Source of the DNA: Phoronis australis
Lineage: Eukaryota; Animalia; Phoronida
Direction: 5' to 3'
DNA length: 64,000 nucleotides
Assembly (NCBI GenBank): GCA_002633005.1
Contig: NMRA01000150.1
Coordinates: 673,914 to 737,913 of the forward strand
Both the position numbers and the translations under genes were made by a program. Positions 24,555 through 36,939 of the stretch are shown here, in pieces (positions within the stretch are counted from its first letter, which is position 1; each line of letters opens with the position of its first letter). A model generated the notes under the pieces. It was not told the origin of the DNA. It saw nothing but the letters and a program-made list of their open reading frames with translations, and searched no databases.

Positions 24555-24740
24555 GTGACCTGCTTAGTACATTACTTGCGCATTAGACTAAATGTGACCT
24601 GTTCACTTTACTTGAACATGAGACTAAATGTGACCTGTTTACTTTAGTTGAACATGAGACTAAATGTGACCTGTTTACTTTACTTGAACATGAGACTAAA
24701 TGTGACCTGTTTACTTTAGTTGAACATTAGACTAAATGTG
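24555..24740. repeat. ~36-bp minisatellite, ~5 copies
   Basis: Unit ~TGTGACCTGTTTACTTTACTTGAACATGAGACTAAA. Confidence 0.88.
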
Positions 24741-25057
24741 TTTGTGCATTACTTATCATTTAGAAATTGCCTAACTGACAAAATTACTGCTCTCTTGTTT
24801 TGACAGTCAAATATGACATCTTCTTTGCTCAGGCACAGTTTTGTGTTCTTGATCTTCAGTTGCACCCTGCTGAGTATAAAACAATTTTCATTATTTGTGA
24901 TTATGCATGTTTACTGTTTGAGAATTTCAAAAGAAACTGCATTTCATGAAAAAGTATAAAGATTAAGAAATATTTAAACAAGAGTGCTGCATTCTGGTAT
25001 GCATAGTTGAATAATGCTTTTGCCACTCAATTTTCTAATTAAAATATCTGTACATAG

Positions 25058-25269
25058 CTTGAAGGTAGCCAAGAATCTGGTGACTCTAAGTCTAGTCAAC
25101 AGTCTGACTATGAGAACAATGAGAACAATGAGGGCAACACAAGTGAAAGTGAGCCGAAGACAAGGTCAGTCTCTGAAGGGGATGATATGGACGTAGATAG
25201 CGCCACCTGGAGGTTGCAAAAGAAACATGTGTTCATTCTCAGTGAAGCTGGTAAACCCATTTACTCTAG
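25058..25269 (+). CDS. MON1: MON1 coding exon 2
   Basis: catag|LEGSQES...ATWRLQKKHVFILSEAGKPIYS(R)|gttagt; KHVFILSEAGKPIYSRYG is the MON1/SAND longin-1 signature. Confidence 0.95.
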
Positions 25270-25974
25270 GTTAGTATTATTTTGCGTTCACAAAATGCTG
25301 TCAGGGGGACTGGAAATCATAATTTTGCTTGTTCAAAGCATAGAACTTTGTCCCTGGAATGCCAAATTTGATCTCATTCTGGTGAGGTTGTGCTGCACAG
25401 TGCACCAATTCTGAAGTAATGGGGAGCATTAGTAAAATATAAAGGAAATGAATGAGAGATGATAATGACTAATTAAACCAAATGAAAATAATTTTAATGA
25501 TACAAAAGATTTTTACCTTATGAAAACAAAGATGTTAGAATATGGATTCTCACAGTTGCTGTGAAGGTATTATGTTTTAATTGGACCTTGGAAGGCAATT
25601 GAAACAATTAAATTGCGTACCAAGTAAAAATTCAGAATGCAGTGACATTTACAAAAATGTAATAAAATAATTGCTCCAACTACCTATCTAAAATTTGCAG
25701 GTGAAGGTTTTCTGATAGATATAAGATGTATTGCTGATAGTTCATTACATTGGTTGCAGTGTAGGACTTTCCATAGAAATTAAGAAATAAACTCATTTCT
25801 TCACAAAGTGGAAATTAGTGATCCTGGTATATGTAGAGTATATCGTAAACAAGAGACATTGGAACATAATTTTATTTACAATAGAAAGTGAACTCTGGAA
25901 AATAACAATAGTCAAAAATAAAGAGACTATGTCATTTCGAACAGCTGTTGCACTGTTGTCACGGTCACAACCGT

Positions 25975-26142
25975 ATTGAAAAGCGGTACATCCGGATAAC
26001 TGGATTGAAAAGCGGTACATTCGGATAACTGGATTGAAAAGCGGTACATTCGGATAACTGGATTGAAAAGCGGTACATCCGGATAACTGGATTGAAAAGC
26101 GGTACATTCGGATAACTGGATTGAAAAGCAGTACATCCGGAT
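25975..26142. repeat. 29-bp minisatellite, ~6 copies
   Basis: Unit TTGAAAAGCGGTACATYCGGATAACTGGA. Confidence 0.93.
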
Positions 26143-26644
26143 AAAAAGTGGGACATCTGGGTCTGTGCCAGAACACTAGAAACACTAGAGTGAATTCTTT
26201 GTCGCAACGTACAAAAACAGTCCGAAAGGGATTTTTGGATAAGAAGATGTTGCACCAAATGGTGTTTTTATTTTTCTTAGTCAAGTGGGAATTTGCGGGT
26301 GCTGCTAAAACCATTGAAACGTAATGCTTTAGTTAAAAAGGAAAGTGGGTCTATGTCACATGGGAAATAGCAATAGTATAATTATGTGCAAAAAGTAGGA
26401 CAGTTTGATGGTGTGGTGGGCTCGCATGAAAACTAGCAGCACAAAGTACAGGTCTGAATTGGATTCTTTTAAAAGGAGCATTTTTCAGTTTTTAAAGTTT
26501 TATTTCACGAGCATAGGTAAATTATACACATTACCTCGCTGCTCAAAAATTGAATTAACAAAAAAGTATCTGGGGAAAAAGGTAAACATTGCACAAATGA
26601 ATTGTTTTTTAAAACCGTGAAATTAATATTAGTACCGGTATATG

Positions 26645-26715
26645 CATACACGCACACACACGCACACACACACACACATACACACACACACATGCATACA
26701 TACATACATACACGT
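26645..26715. repeat. (CA)n/(CATA)n compound microsatellite
   Basis: Directly visible. Confidence 0.9.
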
Positions 26716-27926
26716 ACATGTAGGTATGCAAATGTGTGTGATTTTTCGAATATTATGTAAATACACCTCTCAGTAGGGCCTACGCATTTCATTTATATTA
26801 TAATTGCAGAACAAAAACTCAGAAACCAAATGTCACTTCTTTCCACAAAATACTGTAACAGGATTTTAACACCCAAAATGTCATGTTTTGAGAAACTCTC
26901 AGTATGTAGTTTGATAGATTGCCAAAAGTGATTCTAAGACTGATTTTCTCGGAGATTTTACTACATAACTGCAGCGCCTCCTAATGACCCGTAAAAACAT
27001 CGTTTGTGATGCAGTGTTGGGGCACGTCAATGCCCCCAGTGTTGCTCTTATTATTGTGGATGTTGTTGTGTTTCATCTTGTGTCGGTTTTTCTTCTGAAA
27101 TGCTGTTTGAGCAAAAAATCTCATTAACTGTTTCATAATTTGGAAGTCCAGTAACACACTTTAGAAACAAACTTAATAAAGTTGAAAGTGGCAAATCTAG
27201 AATGAGTACAGTAAAAAAAATCAATTGGGGAGAACAATAATTGCTGAAATTTCCTTTTTTCAATTTTTACATGCTCATCATGTTTGTGCAAATCTTCAAA
27301 AATTTTCCAAATGTTTAGTTTTACCAGCTGTACTATGCAAACCATACTATCAGCAAATTTATTTTTTCTGAAATTTTTTATTGAGAAATTTGACATATTG
27401 AAATTTCACCTCTCTGTCGTAATACGTCCCCAACTGAAAATTATTACAGGTTTTGAATACTCGGTACTACATTGCTTATACAGTTACCGACCTTGACCTT
27501 CAGTCTTGAGTCACAGAAATGTGATAAAGACTGTGGTGGAAATGGAATAATGACAAAGGAAGAACAAATCATTAATGTTTTTAGGTTCTGAAAAACAACA
27601 TGTTGACCTTGTGTGAAGTTGCAGGTATTTAATTGTGAAAACAACATGTTGACCTTGTGTAGAGTTGCAGGTATTTAATTGTGATAACATCCAGTAGATA
27701 AGCCTTGGTAGGAACTTATGTTGATTGTCTGTCAGTTTACCAGTCAGCAACTAGATTAAACAAAAGGGTTTTGAACAGATTTTGATTAGACTTACAAAGT
27801 AGGACATTAATACAGAAGATTGGTAACGCCACCTGTTGAGCCTGTTCAGAAGCAATAACTATTCTGTTTGTCATGCAGTAATGATGTATTTATTATATAA
27901 TAATCACTTTACTATTCATTTTGCAG

Positions 27927-28365
27927 GTATGGCAAAGAAGACAAACTGGTCACCATTATGGGGGTTATGCAAGCTATTGTGTCCTTTGTACAGTGCAGTC
28001 ATGACAACATAAAGTGTGTTATAGCTGGAAATCACCAGTATGTGTTTCTGGTGCGTGAACACTTGATTCTAGTGTGTGCAGCCAGGACTTATGAATCAAC
28101 GCAGCAGATACTACTCCAGCTCAGTTATCTCTACAATCAAATTGTGTCTGTGCTGACTCTTTCACAGATGAGCAGAATATTTAAACAGAGACGCAACTAT
28201 GATTTACGCAGACTATTGACGGGCTCAGAAAAGTTTATGGATAACTTGTTAAACTTGATGGATTCTGAACCTAGTTTCTTACTCAGTTCTGTACGCTGCC
28301 TTCCTCTAGCCAGTGCCGTGAGGGATCTGATCGCTCAAACCGTTGTTCAGTGTTGTAAAGTCAAG
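27927..28365 (+). CDS. MON1: MON1 coding exon 3
   Basis: ttgcag|g YGKEDKLVTIMGVMQAIVSFVQ...QIVSVLTLSQMSRIFKQRRNYDLRRLLTGSE...CCKVK|gtatgt; phases 2/0. Confidence 0.97.
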
Positions 28366-29309
28366 GTATGTCCCTTTTATGGTTTTGATTACTTTAGTGT
28401 TATGTTTTTTGCAGGAAGCGCTTTTATGTGCCCACATGGGAGTGCATAGTGCTGATATCTCTGGGCATGCAGCACCCACTGTTATTATGGAGGAAAATGT
28501 GGCAAGCGTGGGAAAGTGACCATTATTTTTGGACAGATCTGACTACCGTTACTCCCCCTAGTGGCAATTTTAGTTTTTACATTTGCATTTTCAGAGTTCC
28601 TTGGCGTTTTTTCTGAAATAAGTTTTTGTTATGGAGACGACAGCACTGTTCCATTTTGTGACGGATGCGACATATTCTGTGCCACCTATTGGCCATGTTT
28701 ATTATTTTTATAGTCTGCGTGTTTTTCCGCATAACTGCTCAGGATATGAAAATGGCAGATATGTTCCTACTTACAATAGCATGACTGACATTAGCATTCA
28801 GACAGGTCCAACTAGTGTGCTGTATCCCCTAGTCTCATTTCTACATCTGCAGCTCTACCCCAAAACCCTGTGTGTTGCAGGATCTTAAGGAAACTTGACA
28901 AATGAATAGAGGAATATTACTACCACTTTGCTTCCTAATGACAGTTTATTTTTTCTCATTTGTGTCCGTCTGTGTATTTGGAGTTCGGATTTTCATAAAA
29001 TGTGGCGAATAAATTTCTATTACGGAAATGATGCTTTCTAGTTTTTGGTAGAGACCAACGTATTCTGTATCAGCTACTGGCGATTTTTAAGATACTAATG
29101 AACACCCCTTGAACATACTGTGTGTGTTGCCTTTGTGCATGTTGCTATTATTATTTTTATTCTTAGTGTGAAGAACGCTAACTAGTTGGTCAGTCTAACT
29201 ATTAATATATTGTAAGTTATCTAAACCTCATCACTATTATTATTGCAGGTTATCGAAAGATAATCACTTCTTTGTATGCATTTTCTTACCCTGTAGGTAT
29301 TGTATTCTA

Positions 29310-30230
29310 AAGGTGTCTTGCCCTGGAGGTGTCACACCCAAAGGGTGTCTTGCCTGGGAGGTGTCACACCTTAAGGGTGTCTTGCCTGGAAGTGTCACAC
29401 CTTAAGGGAGTCTTGCCCTGGAGGTGTTACACCCTAAAGGTGTCTTGCCTTGGAGGTGTCAGACCCTAAGGGTGTCTTGCCTGGAGGTGCCACACCGTAA
29501 GAGTGTCTTGCCTGGGAGGTGCCACACCCAAAGGGTGTCTTGCCTGGAAGTGTCACACCTTAAGGGTGTCTTGCGCTGGAGGTGTTACACCCTAAAGGTG
29601 TCTTGCCTTGGAGGTATCAGACCCTAAGGGTGTCTTGCCTGGAGGTGCCACACCGTAAGAGTGTCTTGCCTGGGAGGTGCCACACCCTAAAGGTGTCTTG
29701 CCTGGAGGCATCACACCCTAAGGGTGTCTTACCCTGGAGGTGTCACACCTTAAGGGTGTCTTGCCCTGGAGGTGTCACACCTTGGAGATGCCTTTCCCTG
29801 GAGGTGTCTTGTTCTGGAGTTGTCTTTGCCTGGAGATGTCTTACCCGAAAGGTGTCTTGCCCTGGGGATGTCACACCCTGGAGATGTCTTGCCTTGGAGG
29901 TGTCTTGCCCTAGGAGACTTCTTGCCTTGGGTGTGTCTTGCTGTGGAGTCATCTAGTCCTGGAGGTGCCTCACTCTGTAGATGTCTTTTCCTGGAGTCAT
30001 GTTGGCCTGCAGATGTTTTTCCCTGGAGGTGTGTTGCCCTGGAGAAGTCTTTGACTGGAGGTGTCTTACCCTGGAGATGTCTTGTTCTGGAGGTGTCTTG
30101 CCCTGGAGACTTCTTGCCTTGGATATGTCTTGTCGTGGAGGTATCTAGCCCTGGAGGTGTCTCACTCTGGAGATGTCTTTTCCTGGAGGTGTGTTGTCCT
30201 GGAGATATATTGCCCTGGAGGTGTCTTGCC
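29310..30230. repeat. GC-rich minisatellite, ~32-bp unit grading into a 17-bp unit
   Basis: GGTGTCTTGCCCTGGAG+GTGTCACACCCTAAG in the left half; mostly the 17-mer alone in the right half. Confidence 0.92.
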
Positions 30231-30766
30231 AGGTCAACACCTTATCTGCAGAGGTTTATTTCCAACTGGCGCAACCACTCCCTTTTCTAACTCCAGACAC
30301 TAGATACCATCCCTTCTATAGCATAACTTACTCTTGACTGTCCACCCTTTTCCTCTCACCCTTCAGTGCACAGTAGTTCTAAATGTAATTATAGTACTTT
30401 GCCTAAAGCAAGGTCAAAACATCTATTGCTCGACACACTGGTGCCAGGATACTGTGTTCTGCAGATGTATAGCGTTGCATAAAATTTTCAGCACCATTTA
30501 TGTTCACAACAAATGTACTATGGGTAGCATCAGCTTAGTATGCAGACACCATACCAGCACCTCATATCAAGGTGAAATTTATTCTGTGAATAAGTTGATG
30601 CTGATTCACTTTATATTGAGCTTAACTGGCTGATCAGGTAACAGATTTTTTAATCCTTCTTAGCTAAACTGGTCGAGTGCGACACTAATTTTGAATTATT
30701 TCTTCTCTAGCAGAGCTCCTCTTGTTTTTTTAAGGCAAGTTTTGAATGTTATCTCCCCTGCTTCAG

Positions 30767-30942
30767 GACTTGGTATTTGCAATCCTTGTGGCTCACAACC
30801 AGCTTATCACACTTGTACGGATGAAGAAATACTTCTTACATCAAACAGACCTACACCTTATATTCAACTTGGTTGATGCGTCAGAATCTTTCAAGGCGGC
30901 AGAATCCTGGACTCCAATATGTCTGCCAAAGTTTGACAACAG
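30767..30942 (+). CDS. MON1: MON1 coding exon 4
   Basis: [58 protein letters not shown]; WTPICLPKF signature; phases 0/2. Confidence 0.97.
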
Positions 30943-31141
30943 GTGAGCATATTGATAACAGATGAGCATATTGATAACAGGTGAGCTTATTGATAACAGA
31001 TGAGCATATTGATAACAGGTGAGCATATTGATAACAGGTGAACATATTGATAACAGGTGAACATATTGATAACGGGTGAGCATATTGATAACGGGTGAGC
31101 ATATTGATAACAGGTGAGCATATTGACAACAGGTAAGCATG
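30932..31141 (+). repeat. 19-bp tandem array (11 copies) made of the MON1 exon 4 3' end plus its donor
   Basis: Unit TTGAYAACAG|GTGAGCATA; 8 of the 10 extra units keep GT. Confidence 0.96.
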
Positions 31142-31333
31142 TGCAATTAATATTATAGAATAATGAATATTTGAGTTCATCAAAAACTTGATAATTTAAG
31201 CTGAGTTTACGCCCATGCTTGTGTTGGTCTCTCCCCTCTCTCCCCTCTCCCCTGTCTCCCCTCTCTGCTGTCGCTTTTGTTGTTCACACTCGACACATTC
31301 CTTTTACTATACAGTGATCCAATCTATTTTCAG

Positions 31334-31454
31334 TGGCTACTTGCATGGTCATGTCTCCTACCTTGACCCCAAGTGTGATACATGTCTTATTCTGCTCACC
31401 GTTGACAGAGACATGTTCTTTACACTGTCTGACTGCAGGAATAGAATAATGGAG
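31334..31454 (+). CDS. MON1: MON1 coding exon 5
   Basis: tttcag|t GYLHGHVSYLDPKCDTCLILLTVDRDMFFTLSDCRNRIME|gtgagt; phases 2/0. Confidence 0.96.
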
Positions 31455-31504
31455 GTGAGTTCCTCTCTATACTAATACAAAATCAGCTCTTGGATAAGGC
31501 AGAT

Positions 31505-31640
31505 ATAAGGAGGGTCCAACCATAAGGCAGGTCTAAGGAGGGTCAGACCATAAGTCAGGTCTAAGGAGGGTCAGACCATAAGTTAGGTCTAAGGAGGGTC
31601 AGACCATAAGTTAGGTCTAAGGAGGGTCAGACCATAAGTT
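31505..31640. repeat. 28-bp minisatellite, ~5 copies
   Basis: Unit CATAAGTTAGGTCTAAGGAGGGTCAGAC. Confidence 0.9.
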
Positions 31641-33104
31641 GTCAAGTCCCTGGAATGTGAGAAAATGTAAATCTTTGTGGAAATTTTCTATCATCTGACT
31701 GTTGCATTGTGGGATTAGTCGAAATTAAAATAATGTGTTTTCATATCAGTTCTGTCTGTATTTCCAGCAAATGTGTAACTCTTGATGCTCAAAACTATCC
31801 ATGCAACCACTGTAAAACTGAAATTTAGTGAACGGATGAACTCCCATTTTACTGGTAAATAAAAACATTCATTTCCTAATTTTGAACACTAATTGTTTGT
31901 TAAGTGTCTTGTATGTACATGCCCCTTACTCACTATAAGGAAAGTTGCCTGTGCCTTCTGGGTGTGCTTTTTAAGTGAGGGTTAAATCCCCGTGGTAACC
32001 AAAATTGTTGTTGTTGTCTTGGTTTCAAAGTGTTCTGTGTTATTCTCTGCTTTAAACCACCCAATTTTCTTGTGATTTCACTTTGACCAGTCTAAGTAGG
32101 GAGTGTGGGGTTAACTAGTGAACCCAGGACTGTCTTGAATGAATGTTGGCTTCAACCTGGTCACCCCTGCAGTTGCAGTAAACTACTCCACATGGCTTTG
32201 CATTTCCTGCTCCTCATGGAGGCTACAAACCGAGAGTCGACTCAATGAACTGAAAAACTTTGCCTTTATAAAACACCGGGAATTTTTGTGTCTAGTAAGG
32301 GTAATTTCTTTTGATGTCTAGATGTTGGGTAATGAAGCCAGTAATTTCCCTAAAATCAATGAATCACTCGACTTTACATGTCATGACTTAACTATGTCAA
32401 CTGTCAAATTTTATGATCATAAAACCTTCGACTGTCTGCTTGAGTTGAAACTGATTCTAGCCTTGAGGGGATTTTTTGTTATTTGAAGGGAAGTTTTGGA
32501 TCTGTTGAGAATAAGTTTGTGTTTTTTCAATGTTTTCTGTGTCAAAACACTTCTGGACCCACTTAACATATTTGTGTCATGCCAAAAGTATTAGTCGGTG
32601 TCATCCCTTACATTAATAATTTGTTAATATGGCATTCTGTTATCCTATCCCAGTAAATTATGGAGTCACATGGACACAGTTTCAGTTCAGTTATTTATTG
32701 AAATTGAAAATTGTGTTACTTTGCATTGTATTTACTTACCAGGCTCAGTAAAGGTATGCCAATGATCACAGCTGAGCTTCCACAGGACATGTGGAACTGA
32801 CCACAAGTTATTCTGTACATGCATTGCAGAGGGGAAATGACGTTTCACCTTGAAGTCAACACTTGTCACTTGATTAGACACAATGAACACAATGTTGGAC
32901 ACTGACCTTATAGTCACCACTTGTCACTTGATTAGACACAATGAACAGAATGTTGGAAATTCTGAGCAGGCTTCATAATGGAGTCAGAGTGGAATTGATA
33001 AATGGATTATTATATACTAGTTTTGACACTTGGAACTATGCACTGCCTGTTCACTACTAGTAGTAATGATACCAGGCTTAGTGTTCATCTCATTTACTTT
33101 TCAG

Positions 33105-33386
33105 AGGTTGATTCGTCACAACTGTCTTCAAGCAATCAGTGAATCACTGGCTCAACACAGTTACAGTATAACTCAAGTTGACATTCCTGACTTGCGTCAC
33201 TTTATGTACAAGTCACGGAGCACTGCTCAATACACCAGCCCTGAGCTAGAGTCCCCGTACAACACGAGTGAGGAGAGAGAACGTCTATATGGACTGTATC
33301 TTTACTTACATCATAGAATACACAGTCCAGCCAGACCTATGAAGATACTGTTTCAAGTAGCTGACCACGAGACTCTATTAGGATGG
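33105..33386 (+). CDS. MON1: MON1 coding exon 6
   Basis: RLIRHNCLQ...IPDLRHFMYKSRSTAQYTSP...ETLLGW|gtgagc; phases 0/0. Confidence 0.96.
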
Positions 33387-33409
33387 GTGAGCATGTGTGT
33401 CGTAGCTAA

Positions 33410-33497
33410 GTGTCACCCAAAGGTGGTCACACCAAAGGGGGTCACACCAAAGGGGGTCACACCAAAGGGGGTCACATCAAGGGGTGTTACACCAAAG
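33410..33497. repeat. 15-bp minisatellite, ~6 copies
   Basis: Unit GGTCACACCAAAGGG (the VTPKG tail of ORF 33030 is intronic). Confidence 0.9.
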
Positions 33498-33779
33498 TTT
33501 GTTTGTAATGTTCTTTGCCCACTATAATACAAATCAAACAGAGATGCATTTTGCCTCATTGTTGTGAGATGCTGTATTTTCTCAAAAAAGTTGTGGACAT
33601 CTGTTTCAAAAGTTAGAGGCAATGAAAAAAAATTATGTAATTTCCACTGCACTAGAAACAATTAGACATTAGTGTGCATAATTAGCTGTAATAAAATGGC
33701 ATGCTAGTTTATTCATTTTATTGTTTTCAATTATTTTGTTATTTTATTACATATAAATATGTGGGCGCATATTGCTGTC

Positions 33780-35160
33780 ATCTCTGTCTGGCGTCCGCAT
33801 CTCCTAAACCCCTTGCAGGATCTTATTGAAATTTGGCAGGTGTGTTCCTTTGGGGTTAACGACAGAGGGCGACGAGTTTCGGACCGACCCGTATACCGCT
33901 GTGCCCCCTAGTGGCAAGTTAAGTTTTTTACGTTTGCCTCTGTATCTTCAAAGGTCCTCATCTGATTTTCATAAAATTTGGCGCATAGGCATCTATTAAT
34001 GAGGTGACGATATCCTTTCGTTTTCAGATGGACTCAAAGTATTTTGCGCCACCTAGTGGCCATTTTTGTTCTTTACGAGTCTGTTTTTTGGCGTCGGTCA
34101 CTCCATCAACCAAACCGCGCAAAGGATGATTGCGAAAATTGTCATGTATGTTCTTACTATGAAGTGGATGTTGATGATGGTTTTCTGACAACTTCAACTA
34201 CAGTGGCGCCTCCTAGTGGCAATTTTGTGGGTTTTTTTGCGCCTATGGCTGTATCTCCTAAACCGTTTTCAGGATCTTTATTAAATTTAGTAAGTGTATT
34301 TATGTTAGTAACACAGGACGACGACTTTTGGACAGATCTGAGTACTGGTGTGCCACCTTGTGGCAATTTTATTTTTTACGTTTACCTCTGTATCTTCAAA
34401 GATCCTCAATGTATTTTCATAAAATTTGGCATACAGGCATCTGTTAATGATGTGACGCTATCTCTCCATTTTCAGATGGATTCGACCTAGTTTGTTCCAC
34501 CTAGTGGCCATTTTTACTGTTTTTGAGTTTGTTTTTTTGGCATCCACTCATCTATCAACCAAACCGCTTTCAGGATAATTGTGAAAATTGGCATGTATGT
34601 TTTAACTATGAAGTGGATGGCTGACGGTTTTCAGACGACTTCGACAACTGTGGCGCCTCCTCTTGGCAGTTTTTTTAACCCTCATGGCTGTATTTCCTAA
34701 ACAGTTTGGAGGATCTTTACTTAATTTAGCAAGGGTATTTCTATGATGTTGATAACGGACAACGACGACTTTCAGACGTATGTGACCACTGATGTGCCCC
34801 CTAGTGGCCATTTTTGCTGTTTTCAAACCCTGGTTTTGGCGTCCACCCCTCTGTCAACCAAATCCTTCTAGGGATGGTTTTGAAAATTGAAATGTTCTGA
34901 GTGTGAAGAGGACATTTGATGATGGCGACTGACAACTGTAGTAGTTTTGTTTTGTTTCGCGCCCATAGCTGTATTAAGATAACAACAGAGCACGACGACT
35001 TTCAGACGGATCCAACGGATGCTGTGCCCACAACTGCCATTTTCATTTTATTCTGTTTTCCTTTGTTTCTCTGAAGTTCCTTGACCGATTTTTATAAAAT
35101 ATGACATGTTCCCGTTTTTTGGATTGATTGTACGTTTTTGCGCCATCTAGTAGCCATTTT
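33780..35160 (-). repeat. Interspersed repeat with ~150-bp subunits / ~448-bp higher-order unit carrying CTCF-like motifs
   Basis: Motifs at 33901, 34046, 34206, 34350, 34494, 34653, 34794, 35140; related decayed copies at ~730-840, 5990-6600, 14480-15900 and 28480-28700. Confidence 0.8.
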
Positions 35161-35796
35161 TATGATACAAATAAATAACACTAAAAGCACACCATTTGTG
35201 ATGCATTTGTGGGCGCATTTCAATGCTCCGCGTTGCTCTTGTCTTCAATTAATGACATCCTCTTAACTTTTATTTTATCTTCAATTAATGATGTCCACAG
35301 CACATGAACCTATGCTCCTTGGGAATTGTGCTAAAGTTATCTGAAACATATTCCAATCACAAACACAATCCACTGTTTTCTTTTATTCTTTTATGTTGAT
35401 AATAATTTTAAATCATCAGGTAATTATACTTAATTGCATCTTTTTAGCCATCTAGACAAGGGGAAATTTAGCTTTGAAATTTTATTTTGCATATTTTTGG
35501 CAAGTTTGCATCCCAATTTTCATCAAGTATCAATCAGTATAAAATTTTTGGTCTTCAAAAGGATGTCCAAAATATTTCAAGTTCATCACTTGTTAACAGT
35601 GTATATCCAAGCAGCTTACTTCACCAAACTTTCTTGCGACATTCTATGGCTGAGTGAGGCTACTTTGGGCAGCAAAAGTTCTGCCACTTTTTCCGAAAGA
35701 CCACCTTTTTGAATGCCAAGTCAATTCCCTAAATAGCTCCCTACCTGTATGTGTGATCAGATGTTTGTCATGTGTTAAATGTTTAATTTTCAACAG

Positions 35797-35937
35797 GTAA
35801 CCTCAGGCTTTGAGTTGTACGCTGTGTTTGGCCCACTCGTCACCAAACAGACTGCCATTGGCTCAATCAACAAACTCCTCAAGTGGATCAAGAAAGAAGA
35901 AGATAGGTTGTTTATACTCAATGCACCTACATTTTAA
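35797..35937 (+). CDS. MON1: MON1 last coding exon (stop TAA 35935-35937)
   Basis: caacag|VTSGFELYAVFGPLVTKQTAIGSINKLLKWIKKEEDRLFILNAPTF*. Spliced CDS totals 1629 nt = 542 aa. Not in the ORF track. Confidence 0.97.
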   Translation, partial: VTSGFELYAVFGPLVTKQTAIGSINKLLKWIKKEEDRLFILNAPTF

Positions 35938-36766
35938 TGTACAGTCGTCGAATTAGAGCAAAAAATCAGACTTGGAAGACTGGGAGGGATTTAATGTGGT
36001 TTATAGCTTTCCCTGTGACAATGCAAGTTCTGTGTTTGTTGTACATCGATTGCAAGTGGCACACTCTGCTTCTTAACTAGAACTAAATAGTGTTATTATA
36101 GTATTCATTGGAGTTATGGGATATGAAATACTTGAAGGATTTCCAATTTCTCTCTAAGTAAATGAACACTTAATATGGTGTCATTAATTCACAAGTCTTC
36201 ATGTATTTCTGTCGTTCTTCACCTGCCCTCTGTTGGACATCTACTGGCTTTATAGGCATGATTAATGATACATTTCACTAAGCCACGTTATGTACTCTCA
36301 CTGGATTTCATCTGTTACTAATAAAATAGCATATGTGAATCATTTCTGAAATTAAATCCTGTTGTTTTGGCAGGTTTACTGGTGGGCATTGAAACTATTA
36401 TCCTTTTATCAATGAAGTCTTTGTGTCACTAGAAGCTTGGCTTTAGCATTAACTGGACCTGTATCTTCACAAGTGTATTCGTCAAACAGAGTGTTCTCAT
36501 GACAATATCCTATGTTACTGCAAGGGTTATGTCTTGAGCTGTCTGCTTCAAGGAGTGGTCTTTAAATGATTTGTAAAACCTGAACCTGGTTACAAGTCAC
36601 CGAACCTTTTGACCCAACCGTTTGTCACCTGATGTTTTTAAACAGCAATTAAAAGTGCAGTTTGCTTGTACACTACTTCCAAAATCAAATACTGAGGTGT
36701 TAGTTCTAGTTGGTTTGAAACTTGTATCATCAGTCATGCTAAGTCTGTTCAATTGATGTTGATCCC

Positions 36767-36772
36767 AATAAA
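36767..36772 (+). terminator. Candidate MON1 polyadenylation signal (alternative AATAAA at 36320-36325)
   Basis: AATAAA ~830 nt after the stop, followed by T-rich sequence, just before repeat-dominated DNA begins. Confidence 0.45.
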
Positions 36773-36939
36773 GTGTTATAATATGTTAATTTATCACTTT
36801 AGTTCACTGTTCATTTACATCTAACACCCGGGACATTTCGCTGCTGCATAGTTGTCAATCATTGAATCTTATGAAATCGCTTTGGGGTTTTAAAGCACTA
36901 CCAGGCATATCCGATCTGGATTTTCTGTCAAATGGGCCC

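Noticed and set aside
29424-30303. Long ORFs with repetitive Cys/Leu/Pro peptides (also 1521-2094, 25793-26314, 30841-31183)
   Set aside because: Stop-poor reading frames of minisatellites inside introns.
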